From NCBI GenBank assembly GCA_964010045.1, contig CAXGIB010000002.1, forward strand, positions 81,917-145,916: 64,000 nt of DNA, in the 5' to 3' direction. The notes below the pieces were generated by a model. It saw only the letters and a program-made list of their open reading frames with translations, had not been told where the DNA came from and searched no databases. Below are positions 48,892 through 59,237 of this stretch, piece by piece. The first letter of the stretch is position 1. Each line of letters opens with the position of its first letter. The translations under genes and the position numbers were made by a program. This DNA is from an uncultured Roseovarius sp. (GTDB taxonomy: Bacteria > Pseudomonadota > Alphaproteobacteria > Rhodobacterales > Rhodobacteraceae).

Positions 48892-49983
48892 TTGCGCAGG
48901 TCGGTTTTGCTCGGATTGATAGTTGCCCTCGCAGCGGCGGGCGGGCTGGCGCAGGAGGCCCCGCCGCGGCCTGCGGTCGTGGCCGTCGCCGCGCAGCTGC
49001 GCGATCTTGCCGAAACCGCGACGTTCAACGGCAGGCTCGACGCCAACCGTCGCGTCGCGCTCGTGGCGCGCGTGGGCGGCATGCTCGAGGAGATCGGGTT
49101 CGAGCCGGGGGCCCGCGTCGAGGAGGGCCAGAGGCTCTTTGTCATCGAGCGCGCGCTCTTCGAGGCGGCGCTGCGCGAGGCAGAGGGCGCGCTGCGCGCC
49201 GCCGAAGCGCAGCGAGACCTTGCCCGGATCGAACGCGAACGACAGGCCGCGCTCGTCGAACGCGAGGCCGGTGCGCAGGCCAGGCTCGATCAGGCCGAGG
49301 CGGCGCTGGCCACCGCCGAGGCGGATGTGCTGCGGCTGACCGCCGCGCGAGACCGCGCGCGCATCAACCTGTCCTATACCGAGATCGCCGCCCCCTTCGC
49401 CGGCCGGATCGGCAACACCCCGGTCAGCGAGGGCGCGCTTGTCGGGCCCGAGACCGGGACCCTGGCGACACTGGTGGCGCTTGACCCCATCCATGCGGAG
49501 TTCGCCATCCCGACCGCCGTGCTGCGCACCTTCCTCGAACGGGCCGAGCGGGGCGAGGTCTCGAAGACGGCCGCCGTGACGCTGACGCTGGCCAACGGCA
49601 CGGTCCATGACCGGCCGGGCGACGTGGATTTCATCGACAGTCGCGTGACCGCAGGCACCGACAGCGTGACGCTGCGCGCGCGCTTCGACAACCCGCAGGG
49701 GCGGCTTCTGGATGGCGAGCTGGTGCGCGTGACGCTGACCACCCAGGCCCCCGCGGGCGAGCTGGCGATCCCGGCGCAGGCAGTGCAGCGCGACGTGCAG
49801 GGCGCTTTCGTCCTCGTGGTGGCCGAGGGGGATGTGGCCGAGATGCGCCGCATCACCGTGCTGCGCCAGGCCGAGGGCTATGCCGTGATCGGCGAGGGGC
49901 TCTCGGAGGGTGAGCGGGTGATCACCGAGGGCGTGAACAAGGTGCGCCCCGGCGCGCCCGTCGATGCCGCGTCCGGGGGCTGA
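48892..49983 (+). CDS. RND efflux pump periplasmic adaptor (membrane fusion protein)
   Basis: TTG start 5 nt after GGGAGG. Signal-like N-terminus, a coiled-coil hairpin (AEAALRAAEAQRDLARIE...), and the typical block YTEIAAPFAGRIG. Confidence 0.9.
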   Translation: MRRSVLLGLIVALAAAGGLAQEAPPRPAVVAVAAQLRDLAETATFNGRLDANRRVALVARVGGMLEEIGFEPGARVEEGQRLFVIERALFEAALREAEGALRAAEAQRDLARIERERQAALVEREAGAQARLDQAEAALATAEADVLRLTAARDRARINLSYTEIAAPFAGRIGNTPVSEGALVGPETGTLATLVALDPIHAEFAIPTAVLRTFLERAERGEVSKTAAVTLTLANGTVHDRPGDVDFIDSRVTAGTDSVTLRARFDNPQGRLLDGELVRVTLTTQAPAGELAIPAQAVQRDVQGAFVLVVAEGDVAEMRRITVLRQAEGYAVIGEGLSEGERVITEGVNKVRPGAPVDAASGG

Positions 49984-49986
49984 TCC

Positions 49987-52900
49987 ATGATCGCGGACAT
50001 CTTCATCAAGCGCCCCCGCTTTGCCGGGGTGATTTCCATCGTGCTCTTTCTCGCCGGGCTGCTGGCGCTCGGCCGGATGCCGGTGGAGCAGTTCCCCGAC
50101 ATCGTGCCGCCGCAGGTCTCGGTCACGGCCTCCTATCCCGGTGCCGGACCCGAGGTGGTGGAGCAGACCGTCGCGCAGGTGATCGAGGATCAGGTGGTGG
50201 GCGTCGATGACATGATCTACATGTCCTCCACCGCGGGCGCGGACGGCTCCTACAGCCTCAACATCAGCTTCGCGGTGGGCACCGACCCGGACATGGCCAC
50301 GGTCAACGTGCAGAACCGCGTCGCGCTGGCCGAGCCGCTCCTGCCGCCCGAGGTCACGCAGACCGGTGTGAGGGTGGCCAAGAAATCCTCGTCGCTGCTC
50401 ATGGGCATCGCGCTTCATGCGACAAGCGAGGCGGTCGCCGGCCCGGATCTCACCAACTATGCGCGCCTCACGCTTCTGGACCGGATCAAGCGCGTGCCGG
50501 ACGTTGGCGATGCCTCGGTTTTCGGGGCGAACGAATTCGCCATGCAGGTCAGTCTCGACGTGGACCGCCTCGCCGCGCTCGGCCTCACACCGAATGACGT
50601 GATCGCCGCGCTGCGCAGCCAGAACCTCCAGGCCGCGATCGGGCGTGTCGGCGGCCCGCCGATGACCGAGGATCCGGGGCTGCAGCTCAACATCTCCACC
50701 CGCGGGCGGCTCTCGGACCCGGCGGAATTCGGCGCGATCATCCTGCGGGCCGGGAGCGACGGCAGCGTGCTGCGCATCCGCGACGTGGCCGAAGTGACGC
50801 TTGGCCAGAAGAGCTCTGACGTGGTGACGAGCTTTGACGGCGCGCCCGCCACGCTGATCGGCGTCTATCTCGCGCCGGGCGGCAATGCCGTGGCCGCCGC
50901 CGACGCGGTCAAGGCCACGATGGAAGCGGCCAGCGCGGATTTCCCGACAGGGATGAGCTATGCGCTGGTGGCCGACAGTTCCACCTTCGTCAAGGAAAGC
51001 ATCCACGAGGTGCAGAAGACGCTGATCGAGGCTTTCGTCCTCGTGGTGATCGTGGTCTTCGTCTTTCTCGGCTCGCTGCGGGCCACGCTGGTGCCGCTCG
51101 TCGCCGTGCCGGTGGCGCTGGTGGGCACCTTCGCGGTGATGCAGATGATGGGCTTCTCGCTCAACACCGTCTCGCTTCTGGCGATGGTTCTGGCCATCGG
51201 CATCGTCGTGGACGATCCCATCGTGGTGGTCGAGGCGGTCGAGGCCAAGATGGAGGAGAACCCGGGGCTTTCGCCCGCCGAGGCGGCCTCACAGGCCATG
51301 TCGGAGATCACCGGCGCGATCATCGCAACCACGCTGGTGCTTCTGTCGGTCTTCGTGCCGGTGGCTTTCATCCCGGGCATCTCCGGGCAGCTTTTCCAGC
51401 AATTCGCCGTGGCCATCTCCGTCTCGATGGTGATCTCGGCGATCAACGCGCTGACGCTCTCGCCCGCGCTCTGCGCGATCCTGCTCAAGGCGCATCACGG
51501 CCCGAAACGGGGGATCATGGGCCGCATCTCGCGCGTGATCGACACGGCGCGCGACGGCTATGCGCGGGTGGCGGGCGCGATCGCGCGGCGGGCCATTCTC
51601 GGGCTTGTCCTGCTCGGCGGTGCCATCGCGCTGACCGGCGGGCTGATGAAGGCGGTGCCCTCTGGCTTCCTGCCGTCGGAGGATCAGGGCTCGTTCATCG
51701 TCGAGACGCGCCTGCCGGAGGCGGCTTCGGTCACGCGCACCGTCGCCGCGCAGCGCGAGGTCGAGGCGATCCTGGGTGCCCTGCCGGGGGTGGAGTCGGT
51801 GGTGTCGGTCATGGGCTATTCGATGCTCGACGGCATCGTGAAATCGAACGTGGCCTTCTCGCTCGTCTCGATGCAGGACTTCGCCGAACGCAGGACCGAG
51901 GAGACAAGCGTCTTTCATGCCATCGCCCGGGCCATGCGGCAGGGGGCGGCGATCCGCTCGGCACAGGTCATCGCCTTCAACCTGCCGCCCATTGCGGGGC
52001 TCGGCACCGGCTCGGGCTTCGAGCTGCAACTGCTCGATACCCAGGGCCGCACGCCGCAGGAACTGGCCGAGGTGGCGCGGGGCCTTGCCTTTGCCGCCAA
52101 CGGCGATGCGCGGCTTGCAGGAGTCTATACCACCTTCTCGGCCAACAGCCCGCAGCTCTTCCTCGAGATCGACCGAGAACGGCTCTATGCGCTGGGCCTC
52201 ATGCTCTCGGATGTGTTCGCCGCGCTGCAACCGACGCTCGGCTCGGCCTATGTCAACGATTTCAATCTCTTCGGTCGGTCCTGGCAGGTGCGGATGACCG
52301 CCGCGCCCGAGTTCCGGGACACGGTGGATGACATCGCGCGCATCCATGTGCGCTCGGCCTCGGGCGAGATGGTGCCGGTGGGTGCCTTCGCCCGCGCCGA
52401 GTTCATCACCGGGCCGATGTCGCTGATGCGCTACAACAACCAGCGCGCGGCCAAGGTGAGCGGCAACCCCGCGCCGGGCGTGGCCTCGGGGGCGGCGCTC
52501 GACGCGATGGAGGAAGTGGCGGCCGCGAGCCTGCCGCGCGGCTTCGCCACCGAGTGGACCGGCACCGCGCTTCAGGAGAAACAGGCGGCGGGGCAGACCA
52601 TGGCCATACTCGCCATGGCAATGCTCTTTGCCTATCTCTTCCTCGTGGCGCTTTACGAAAGCTGGACCATTCCCGTGCCGGTGATGCTCTCGGTCACTTT
52701 CGGGGTGGCAGGCGCGATGGTGGCGCTGATGGTGGCCGGGCTGCCCTTCAACATCTACGCGCAGATCGGGCTTGTCGTGCTGCTGGCGCTGGCGGCCAAG
52801 AACGCCATCCTGATCGTCGAGTTCGCCAAGGCCCGGCGCGAGGAGGGGGTGCCCATCCTCGATGCCGCCGTGCAGGGCGCGGGCGCGCGGTTCCGGGCGG

Positions 52901-53112
52901 TCATGATGACCTCCTTCGCCTTCGTCGCCGGACTCGTTCCGCTGGTGACCGCCGAGGGTGCCTCGATGCTGTCGCGCCGGGCGGTCGGCACGGGCGTGGC
53001 GGGCGGCATGCTGGCGGCGGCGCTCATCGGCATCTTCGTGATCCCCGCGCTTTATGTGGTGTTCCAGAGCCTGCGCGAACGGGTCAAGGGGCAGCGGCAG
53101 GCAGAAGGCTGA
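49987..53112 (+). CDS. RND (HAE1-type) efflux permease, AcrB-like
   Basis: 1041 aa. N-terminus [23 protein letters not shown] with a 12-TM / two-large-loop architecture. Confidence 0.95.
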   Translation: MIADIFIKRPRFAGVISIVLFLAGLLALGRMPVEQFPDIVPPQVSVTASYPGAGPEVVEQTVAQVIEDQVVGVDDMIYMSSTAGADGSYSLNISFAVGTDPDMATVNVQNRVALAEPLLPPEVTQTGVRVAKKSSSLLMGIALHATSEAVAGPDLTNYARLTLLDRIKRVPDVGDASVFGANEFAMQVSLDVDRLAALGLTPNDVIAALRSQNLQAAIGRVGGPPMTEDPGLQLNISTRGRLSDPAEFGAIILRAGSDGSVLRIRDVAEVTLGQKSSDVVTSFDGAPATLIGVYLAPGGNAVAAADAVKATMEAASADFPTGMSYALVADSSTFVKESIHEVQKTLIEAFVLVVIVVFVFLGSLRATLVPLVAVPVALVGTFAVMQMMGFSLNTVSLLAMVLAIGIVVDDPIVVVEAVEAKMEENPGLSPAEAASQAMSEITGAIIATTLVLLSVFVPVAFIPGISGQLFQQFAVAISVSMVISAINALTLSPALCAILLKAHHGPKRGIMGRISRVIDTARDGYARVAGAIARRAILGLVLLGGAIALTGGLMKAVPSGFLPSEDQGSFIVETRLPEAASVTRTVAAQREVEAILGALPGVESVVSVMGYSMLDGIVKSNVAFSLVSMQDFAERRTEETSVFHAIARAMRQGAAIRSAQVIAFNLPPIAGLGTGSGFELQLLDTQGRTPQELAEVARGLAFAANGDARLAGVYTTFSANSPQLFLEIDRERLYALGLMLSDVFAALQPTLGSAYVNDFNLFGRSWQVRMTAAPEFRDTVDDIARIHVRSASGEMVPVGAFARAEFITGPMSLMRYNNQRAAKVSGNPAPGVASGAALDAMEEVAAASLPRGFATEWTGTALQEKQAAGQTMAILAMAMLFAYLFLVALYESWTIPVPVMLSVTFGVAGAMVALMVAGLPFNIYAQIGLVVLLALAAKNAILIVEFAKARREEGVPILDAAVQGAGARFRAVMMTSFAFVAGLVPLVTAEGASMLSRRAVGTGVAGGMLAAALIGIFVIPALYVVFQSLRERVKGQRQAEG

Positions 53113-53178
53113 ACGGGGACGGCGCGCGTTTTCATACACGGGCTTCGCCGGGCCCGAATCACAGGGAAGGAGATCGAG

Positions 53179-53697
53179 GTGAAACACTGGGTTTGGATGC
53201 TGCTCGCGGGCGCGCTCTCGCTTCTCGGCGGGGTTGTGGCGCTGCTCAATCCGCTGGCGGCGACGCTGACCGCGGCCTTGCTGACGGGATATGTCTTCAT
53301 CGGCGTGGGGGTGCTTCTCCTGCTGTCGGTCTTCGGCGATGACCGATGGAACTCACGCCTCCTCTCGCTGGTGCTGGGCTTGGTGGTTCTGGCCCTGGGC
53401 ATCAGCGTTGTCGGCAACCCCCTGGAAGGTGTGCTGAGCCTGACCGTGGCGGTCGCGGTGCTGATGCTGGTCATCGGCGTGCTGCGGATCGTGCTGGCAT
53501 TCGGAATGCCCACCACCGGCCTGCGGCTGTTTCTGATCCTAGCGGGGATCGTGTCGCTGGTGCTTGGCGTCATGATCCTGTCGAACTTTCCCTATTCCGC
53601 GGCGGTGGTTCTGGGGATTCTGCTGGCGATCGAACTTCTCTCCAATGGTGCGTCCCTGATCGCGCTCGCGCTCGCGGCGCGTGACCGCAGCAGCTGA
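53179..53697 (+). CDS. HdeD/DUF308-family membrane protein
   Basis: GTG start after GGGAAGGAG. 172 aa with 6 hydrophobic helices. The pattern W.MLL.G.L.LL.G..ALLNP is typical of DUF308. Confidence 0.8.
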   Translation: MKHWVWMLLAGALSLLGGVVALLNPLAATLTAALLTGYVFIGVGVLLLLSVFGDDRWNSRLLSLVLGLVVLALGISVVGNPLEGVLSLTVAVAVLMLVIGVLRIVLAFGMPTTGLRLFLILAGIVSLVLGVMILSNFPYSAAVVLGILLAIELLSNGASLIALALAARDRSS

Positions 53698-53707
53698 GGA
53701 CGATGCG

Positions 53708-54217
53708 ATGAAGAACTGGATCTTCTGGCTTCTCGCTGGACTCGTGGCGCTGGCCGGGGGGGGTCTGGGGCTTCTCAACCCGGCGGCGGCGCAGGTCGCC
53801 TCCACCACCATCGCGGGCTGGGCCCTGTTGCTGATGGCCCTGCTTCAGGGGCGCGCGGCCTGGCGCTCGACGGCGCTTGCGTCGCGGGCCGGGGCCGCCC
53901 TTTTCGCCGCGGCGGGGCTCTGTCTGGGGCTGTCGCTCCTCCTCGGGCCGTTCGGCGAGGGCAACTTGCTGCGCTGGCTCCTGGGCGGTCTGCTGCTCGT
54001 TTCCGGCGCGGCCAAGCTCTGGATCGGGCGACGGGCACGCGCCGACCGGCTTTTTGTCGCGGTGCTTGCCGCGGGCGGGCTGTCTGGCCTGCTGGGCGCG
54101 CTGGTGCTTCTGGGCAGCGGCCTGCAACTGGGCACGCTCCTGTCGCTGGAACTCATGGGCAGCGGCGTGGCGCTCGTGGTCATGGCGCTGCGGCTCGAGC
54201 CGCGCGGGGCGCATTGA
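53708..54217 (+). CDS. HdeD/DUF308-like membrane protein, second tandem copy
   Basis: Internal ATG (MKNWIFWLLAGLVALAGGGLGLLNP) parallels the upstream paralog. 169 aa and hydrophobic. Confidence 0.7.
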   Translation: MKNWIFWLLAGLVALAGGGLGLLNPAAAQVASTTIAGWALLLMALLQGRAAWRSTALASRAGAALFAAAGLCLGLSLLLGPFGEGNLLRWLLGGLLLVSGAAKLWIGRRARADRLFVAVLAAGGLSGLLGALVLLGSGLQLGTLLSLELMGSGVALVVMALRLEPRGAH

Positions 54218-54350
54218 AATGCGGGGTCGTGGCGCAGGATGGATGCTTCCGGGAACGGGCTGTGACATGCGGGCCACTTGTCCGGCTGTGGTCCGCGCAC
54301 CTATGAACTTCCAGTGTTCTGTTCGTCGGGAATCCTGCTAAGGCCAAGCC

Positions 54351-56477
54351 ATGGGGTGGATGTTGCGCACGATCTTGACGGGATTGCCGCTGGCCGTGCT
54401 GGGTGCCGCGAGTGGCGTCGCGGCCGATGAGAAACCCGTCAGGATCGAGACCGGCTACAACAGCTATGGCTATCCCGGCATGATCGACATGCCCGTTGCC
54501 CACAGCCGTCCCGATGGCGAGCTTGCCTTTTCCGTCAGCGATTTCGCCGGGCAGACACGCAACACCCTGACCTTCCAGATCACGCCGCGCCTCTCGGGCA
54601 GCTTCCGCTACAGCCGGCTCGAGGATTTTCCCGTGACCGGCGGCACGACAACCAATTTCGACCGCAGTTTCTCGCTGCACTTCCGCTTCGCCGACGAGAC
54701 CGCCATTCGACCGGCTTTTGCCATCGGGCTCAACGACGTCTTCGGCACCGGGATCTACGCCTCCGAATACATCGTGGCGACCAAGACCTTCGGAGAGCGC
54801 GTCCGCGTGACCGGCGGGCTTGGCTGGGGCCGGTTCGCCGGATCGGGCGGGTTCAAGAACCCCCTGTCGATCTTTGGCGACCGCTTCGAGACCCGCCCGC
54901 CGCGCGATGTCGGCACCGGCGGCAATGTCGAATCACAGCAGTTCTTTCGCGGCGATGCGGCCTTCTTCGGCGGGGTCGAATGGCAGGTCACCGACAGGCT
55001 CAGGCTGACGGCCGAGTATTCGTCCGATTCCTATCCGAGGGAGGACCCCTCCGCCTTCGAACGCGAGAACCAGTTCAATTTCGGCGCGACCTACCGGATC
55101 CGGCCGATGACCCATGTCTCGCTGCGCTGGCTTTACGGCAGCGAGATCGGCGTGCAGCTCTCGACCGCGGTAAACCCGAAGAACCGCCCGAATGGCAGTG
55201 GGCGCGAGCCGGCACCGCCGCCGGTTCTGCCGCGGACCGCGCCTTCGGTTGCGGCGCTCTCGTGGGGCGGCAGCATTGACGAAAGCGCGGCCTATTCCGA
55301 TCGTATCGCCTCGGCGCTGGAGGCACAGGGCCTGCGCCTGCACGGCTTCTCGATGACGGGCGGGCGCGCCCGCGCGGAGGTGGAAAACCCGACCTATCCG
55401 CAGGAGGCCCAGGCCGTCGGACGCACGGCGCGCGTCCTCTCGCGCCTGTTGCCCGCCGGGATCGGGCAGTTCGACATCGTTCTCGTGACCAACGGCATGC
55501 CGGTGACCTCGGTCGCAATCGCGCGCGGCGACATGGAAAGCCTCGAGCACGAGCTTGACGGTGCCTGGAAGAGCTTTGCCCGTGCGCAGCTTTCTTCGCC
55601 GACGGAGCCGGTCACACCGCGCGACGACCGTTATCCGCACCTCGACTGGAGCCTCAAGCCCTATCTCAGCACCAGCCTCTTCGATCCCGATGACCCGTTT
55701 CGCGCCGATCTCGGGGCGGAGCTGCGCGCCCTTTTCGAGGTTGCACCGGGGCTCGAGTTCGGCGGCGCGCTGCGCAAGAAGATCGTCGGCAATCTCGACG
55801 AGTCGACCCGTCCGTCCAATTCCGTGCTGCCGCATGTCCGCAGCGATTTCAACATCTACGACCGCGAAGGCGATCCGACGATCCCCGACCTCACGCTTGC
55901 CTATTACTTCAAGCCGGGCCGCGATCTCTACGGCCGGGTGACGGGCGGCTATCTCGAACGCATGTATGGCGGCATCTCGGGCGAGCTTCTGTGGAAGCGC
56001 AATGACAGCCCCTTCGCGCTGGGGGCCGAGGTGAACTATGTGAAGCAGCGGGATTTCGACCAGCTTTTCGGGTTTCAGGACTACGATGTCGTGACCGGGC
56101 ATGTCTCGGCCTATGTGGAACTGGGCGGCGGGTTCCATGCCCAGGTCGATGCCGGCCGCTATCTTGCCAAGGACTGGGGCGCGACCTTCACGCTTGACCG
56201 GGAATTCAACAATGGCTGGAAGGTCGGGGCATTCGCCACCTTCACCGACGTCTCCTTCGACGATTTCGGCGAAGGCTCCTTCGACAAGGGCATTCGCCTG
56301 ACCATTCCGCTCAACTGGGTCACCGGAGAGCCCAACAAGACCGATTTCAGCACGACCATCCGCCCGGTTCTGCGCGATGGGGGGGCGCGGCTCGATGTCG
56401 GCGGTCGTCTTTACGAGCGTGTGCGCCCGCTGCACAAGCCCGCCCTGCAAAACGGCTGGGGGAGGTTCTGGCGATGA
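54351..56477 (+). CDS. YjbH domain-containing outer-membrane protein (exopolysaccharide-associated)
   Basis: 708 aa with a signal peptide. The start of the mature protein NSYGYPGMIDMPVA.S.PDGEL.FS.S and the motif repeated at the C-terminus are typical of YjbH. Confidence 0.8.
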   Translation: MGWMLRTILTGLPLAVLGAASGVAADEKPVRIETGYNSYGYPGMIDMPVAHSRPDGELAFSVSDFAGQTRNTLTFQITPRLSGSFRYSRLEDFPVTGGTTTNFDRSFSLHFRFADETAIRPAFAIGLNDVFGTGIYASEYIVATKTFGERVRVTGGLGWGRFAGSGGFKNPLSIFGDRFETRPPRDVGTGGNVESQQFFRGDAAFFGGVEWQVTDRLRLTAEYSSDSYPREDPSAFERENQFNFGATYRIRPMTHVSLRWLYGSEIGVQLSTAVNPKNRPNGSGREPAPPPVLPRTAPSVAALSWGGSIDESAAYSDRIASALEAQGLRLHGFSMTGGRARAEVENPTYPQEAQAVGRTARVLSRLLPAGIGQFDIVLVTNGMPVTSVAIARGDMESLEHELDGAWKSFARAQLSSPTEPVTPRDDRYPHLDWSLKPYLSTSLFDPDDPFRADLGAELRALFEVAPGLEFGGALRKKIVGNLDESTRPSNSVLPHVRSDFNIYDREGDPTIPDLTLAYYFKPGRDLYGRVTGGYLERMYGGISGELLWKRNDSPFALGAEVNYVKQRDFDQLFGFQDYDVVTGHVSAYVELGGGFHAQVDAGRYLAKDWGATFTLDREFNNGWKVGAFATFTDVSFDDFGEGSFDKGIRLTIPLNWVTGEPNKTDFSTTIRPVLRDGGARLDVGGRLYERVRPLHKPALQNGWGRFWR

Positions 56478-57073
56478 TGACGCGCCTCTTCCTGCTGGCG
56501 CGCGCGGGCGGTGTCGCGCTGCTCGCGGCCCTCGCGCTCGGCGGCTGCGAGCGGGCGCTCACGTCCTTCGACCTGGTCGGGAACGTCGCCGCGACGGCAC
56601 CCGATCTCATCGGTCCCGAACGGCTTGACGTCGTGATCCCCGCGACCGGTGCCCAGGCCCGGCTCGGCCCGGTCGCGCGCAACGGCGATGTCACGGTCTG
56701 GCAGACGCTCGACGGGATCACCCTGTCGCTGCGGCAGGGTGTGCTTGTCGGGACGCGCGGCCTTGGCGACGATCTGATGAGCGCGGATGCGGAGGGGATT
56801 CTGCGGCTGCTGCGCGGCACGGCGGGCGATGGTCCGCTTCCGCATATCCGCTCGCGGCTCGACGGCGAGGACCGCACCGTGTTCCGCAGCTATCAATGCC
56901 GCCGCAGCGCGGTCTCGACGGATGCCGGCTTGCGGCGCGTCGATATCCTGTGCATCTCGCCGAGCGATCGGCACACGAACATATACTGGCTCGATTCCCG
57001 CGGGGTTATCGTCCGGTCGCGCCAATGGATCGGCCCGACGCTCGGCCATATGGACGCGGTCCGCACGCAGTAA
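56474..57073 (+). CDS. YjbF-family lipoprotein (GfcB-like)
   Basis: Lipobox LALGGC. 199 aa. Its start overlaps the yjbH stop (ATGA). The segment W.T.DG..L.L..G.LV.TRGLG.DLMS is typical of YjbF. Confidence 0.75.
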   Translation: MMTRLFLLARAGGVALLAALALGGCERALTSFDLVGNVAATAPDLIGPERLDVVIPATGAQARLGPVARNGDVTVWQTLDGITLSLRQGVLVGTRGLGDDLMSADAEGILRLLRGTAGDGPLPHIRSRLDGEDRTVFRSYQCRRSAVSTDAGLRRVDILCISPSDRHTNIYWLDSRGVIVRSRQWIGPTLGHMDAVRTQ

Positions 57074-57215
57074 CGGCGGGAACGGCCGACCGGCCGGGCG
57101 CTCAAAATCCCGTGACCTTCGGATTTCCCCTGTTCAGGCGCGGGGCAATCATTATATTCATCTTCCGAGATATGTATGACGCGCGCAGCGTGACCGACTC
57201 GAAGGGAGAAACGAG

Positions 57216-57656
57216 ATGACCGGGATGGAAACGGCTTTCACGCCTCTGGAATCGCTTCTGGGCGGTGTGCTCATCGGGCTTTCGGCGGTGATGCTGATGT
57301 TCCTTCAAGGGCGCATCATGGGCGCGACAGGGATCCTTGCCGGTCTTGTCGCAGGCACCGCGCCGGGTGAGCGTAGCTGGCGCGCGGCGATGGTCGCCGG
57401 CATGATCGCCGGCCCGCTTCTGGTTCTGGGCGTGACCGGACAGATGCCTGCCGTTGAGGTGCCGATCAGCCTGCCGATGATCCTTGTCGGCGGCTTCATC
57501 GTCGGGATCGGCGTGACCTACGGCTCGGGTTGCACCTCGGGGCACGGGGTCTGCGGCGTGGCGCGGCTCTCGCCACGCTCGATCGTGGCGACCATCACCT
57601 TCATGATTGTCGCGCTCGCCACCGTCTATGTCATCCGTCACGTTCTGGGGGTCTGA
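57216..57656 (+). CDS. YeeE/YedE-family half-size sulfur-transport membrane protein
   Basis: 146 aa after GAAGGGAGAA. The conserved GSGCTSGHGVCG motif is present. Confidence 0.85.
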   Translation: MTGMETAFTPLESLLGGVLIGLSAVMLMFLQGRIMGATGILAGLVAGTAPGERSWRAAMVAGMIAGPLLVLGVTGQMPAVEVPISLPMILVGGFIVGIGVTYGSGCTSGHGVCGVARLSPRSIVATITFMIVALATVYVIRHVLGV

Positions 57657-57659
57657 ACC

Positions 57660-58091
57660 ATGCGACTTCTCTCTGCCTTTCTCGTCGGCCTCGTCTTCGG
57701 TGTCGGGATCGCCATCTCGGGCATGATGAACCCGGCCAAGGTGCTCAACTTCTTCGACATTGCCGGGACATGGGATCCCAGCCTGCTCTTCGTCATGGGC
57801 GGCGCGCTTGTCACCACCTTCCTGGGCTACCGGATCGTCCTGCGCCGCCCCGCCCCGCTGATCGAGGCGAAATTCCACCTTCCCGCCGCGCGCGACATCG
57901 ACCTGCGGCTTGTCGGCGGCTCGGCGGTCTTCGGGCTTGGCTGGGGCATTGCCGGGTTCTGCCCCGGTGCGGCGCTGCCCGCGCTGGGCACCGGCAAATG
58001 GGAGGTGGTGGCCTTCATCGCCGCGCTTGTCGCGGGGATATGGGTGGCACGGCTGGCGCAGGCGCGCAGCGAGGCGCGGGTGACGGCATGA
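57660..58091 (+). CDS. YeeE/YedE-family (DUF6691-like) half-size membrane protein
   Basis: 143 aa, starting 3 nt after the upstream stop. Segments G..NP.KVL.FFD and GWGIAGFCPG are present. Confidence 0.85.
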   Translation: MRLLSAFLVGLVFGVGIAISGMMNPAKVLNFFDIAGTWDPSLLFVMGGALVTTFLGYRIVLRRPAPLIEAKFHLPAARDIDLRLVGGSAVFGLGWGIAGFCPGAALPALGTGKWEVVAFIAALVAGIWVARLAQARSEARVTA

Positions 58092-58291
58092 CGGCCCGTC
58101 CCGTCGCCATGACCGCCCGTCCGGTACGCTGTCCGCAGCAGCCCGGACCCCGGCGTGTCGCGGCGGCGGGACAGGTCTTCCTCCCGCAATAACCGCGTAG
58201 GAAAATCCCGGGCCGGATCGTCCCCGCGCGGCCTCGGCGCCGCGCGGCGCGGCATATCCGCGCTTGTCTTCGCGCCGGGTTTGCGCAATCG

Positions 58292-58309
58292 TATTCGCAT
58301 ACACGAATA
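58292..58309. promoter_or_regulatory. Palindromic operator candidate, ATTC-N8-GAAT (SqrR/BigR-type)
   Basis: TATTCGCATACACGAATA has perfect 6-bp arms. It ends 12 nt upstream of the ATG of the TAT-exported MBL gene, just before its GGAG. Confidence 0.45.
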
Positions 58310-58321
58310 TGGAGATCACCG

Positions 58322-59233
58322 ATGCCGCTGACCCGCCGCAGACTGCTCGAACTTGCCGCAGCCCTTCCGCTCGCGCAGATGGCCGGGGGCGCTCGGGCGC
58401 AATCGCTGAGCCTCGGCGCAGGCAGGCTCGACACGCTGAGCGACGGCCATCTCGTGCTGCCGCGGGATTTCATCCTCGGCACGGTCCCCGAGGCCGAGGC
58501 GGCACCGATCCTCGCCGCGCACGGGATCACCGGCGATACGGTGTCCCCGCCCTGCAACCTGACGCTCTGGCAGGAGGGCGGGCGCAAGGTGCTCTTCGAT
58601 GCAGGTTCCGGCGCGGGCTTCATGCCGAGCGCGGGCAAGCTCGCCGAGGCGCTTGACGCCGTTGGCGTGGGAGCGGCGGAGATCACCCATGTCATCTTTA
58701 CCCATGCCCATCCCGATCACCTCTGGGGCGTGCTCGACGAGTTCGACGATCCGGTCTTCGCCAATGCCAGCTACATGATCGGGCAGGCGGAATGGAACTA
58801 CTGGACCGATCCCGCCACCGTCGAGAGCATCGGCGAGGCGCGCGCCGCCTTCGCGGTGGGGGCCGCGCGGCGGCTGGCGGAGATCGAGGACAGGCTTGAA
58901 TTCATCACCGGCGGACAGGAGGTGCTGCCCGGCATCCTCGCCCATGACAGCACCGGCCACACGCCGGGGCACATGGCCTTCGAGATCCGGCAGGGATCCG
59001 AGGCGGTGATGGTGGTGGGCGATGCCATCGGCAACGGTCATCTGGCGCTGGCGCGGCCCGACTGGCCCTCGGGTGCGGACCAGGACCCCGAGACCGGCAT
59101 CGCCACGCGCACCCGGCTTCTGGACATGCTGGCCACGGATCGCATGGCGATGGTGGGCTTCCACCTGCCGGAGGGCGGGCTCGGCCATGTCGAGCGCCAT
59201 GACGGTGCCTATCGCTTCGTGCCGGAGGTCTGA
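58322..59233 (+). CDS. MBL-fold metallo-hydrolase, TAT-exported
   Basis: Twin-arginine signal MPLTRRRLLELAAALPLAQMAGGARAQS and the canonical THAHPDH motif. Confidence 0.88.
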   Translation: MPLTRRRLLELAAALPLAQMAGGARAQSLSLGAGRLDTLSDGHLVLPRDFILGTVPEAEAAPILAAHGITGDTVSPPCNLTLWQEGGRKVLFDAGSGAGFMPSAGKLAEALDAVGVGAAEITHVIFTHAHPDHLWGVLDEFDDPVFANASYMIGQAEWNYWTDPATVESIGEARAAFAVGAARRLAEIEDRLEFITGGQEVLPGILAHDSTGHTPGHMAFEIRQGSEAVMVVGDAIGNGHLALARPDWPSGADQDPETGIATRTRLLDMLATDRMAMVGFHLPEGGLGHVERHDGAYRFVPEV

Positions 59234-59237
59234 GCCG

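Noticed and set aside
57147-57180. An AT-rich patch (AATCATTATATTCATCTTCCGAGATATGTATGAC) upstream of the split yeeE genes, examined as a second SqrR/BigR operator.
   Set aside because: It contains only one ATTC arm, since ATTC-N8 is followed by AGAT rather than GAAT. The overall dyad symmetry is poor. It is probably just the promoter -10/-35 region.
58088-58129. Two adjacent 21-nt units (ATGACGGCCCGTCCCGTCGCC / ATGACCGCCCGTCCGGTACGC) at the end of the second split yeeE gene.
   Set aside because: They share only about 16/21 identity and are GC-rich and low in complexity. The similarity is probably fortuitous. They encode no convincing ORF (MTARPVA-MTARPV..) with an RBS.
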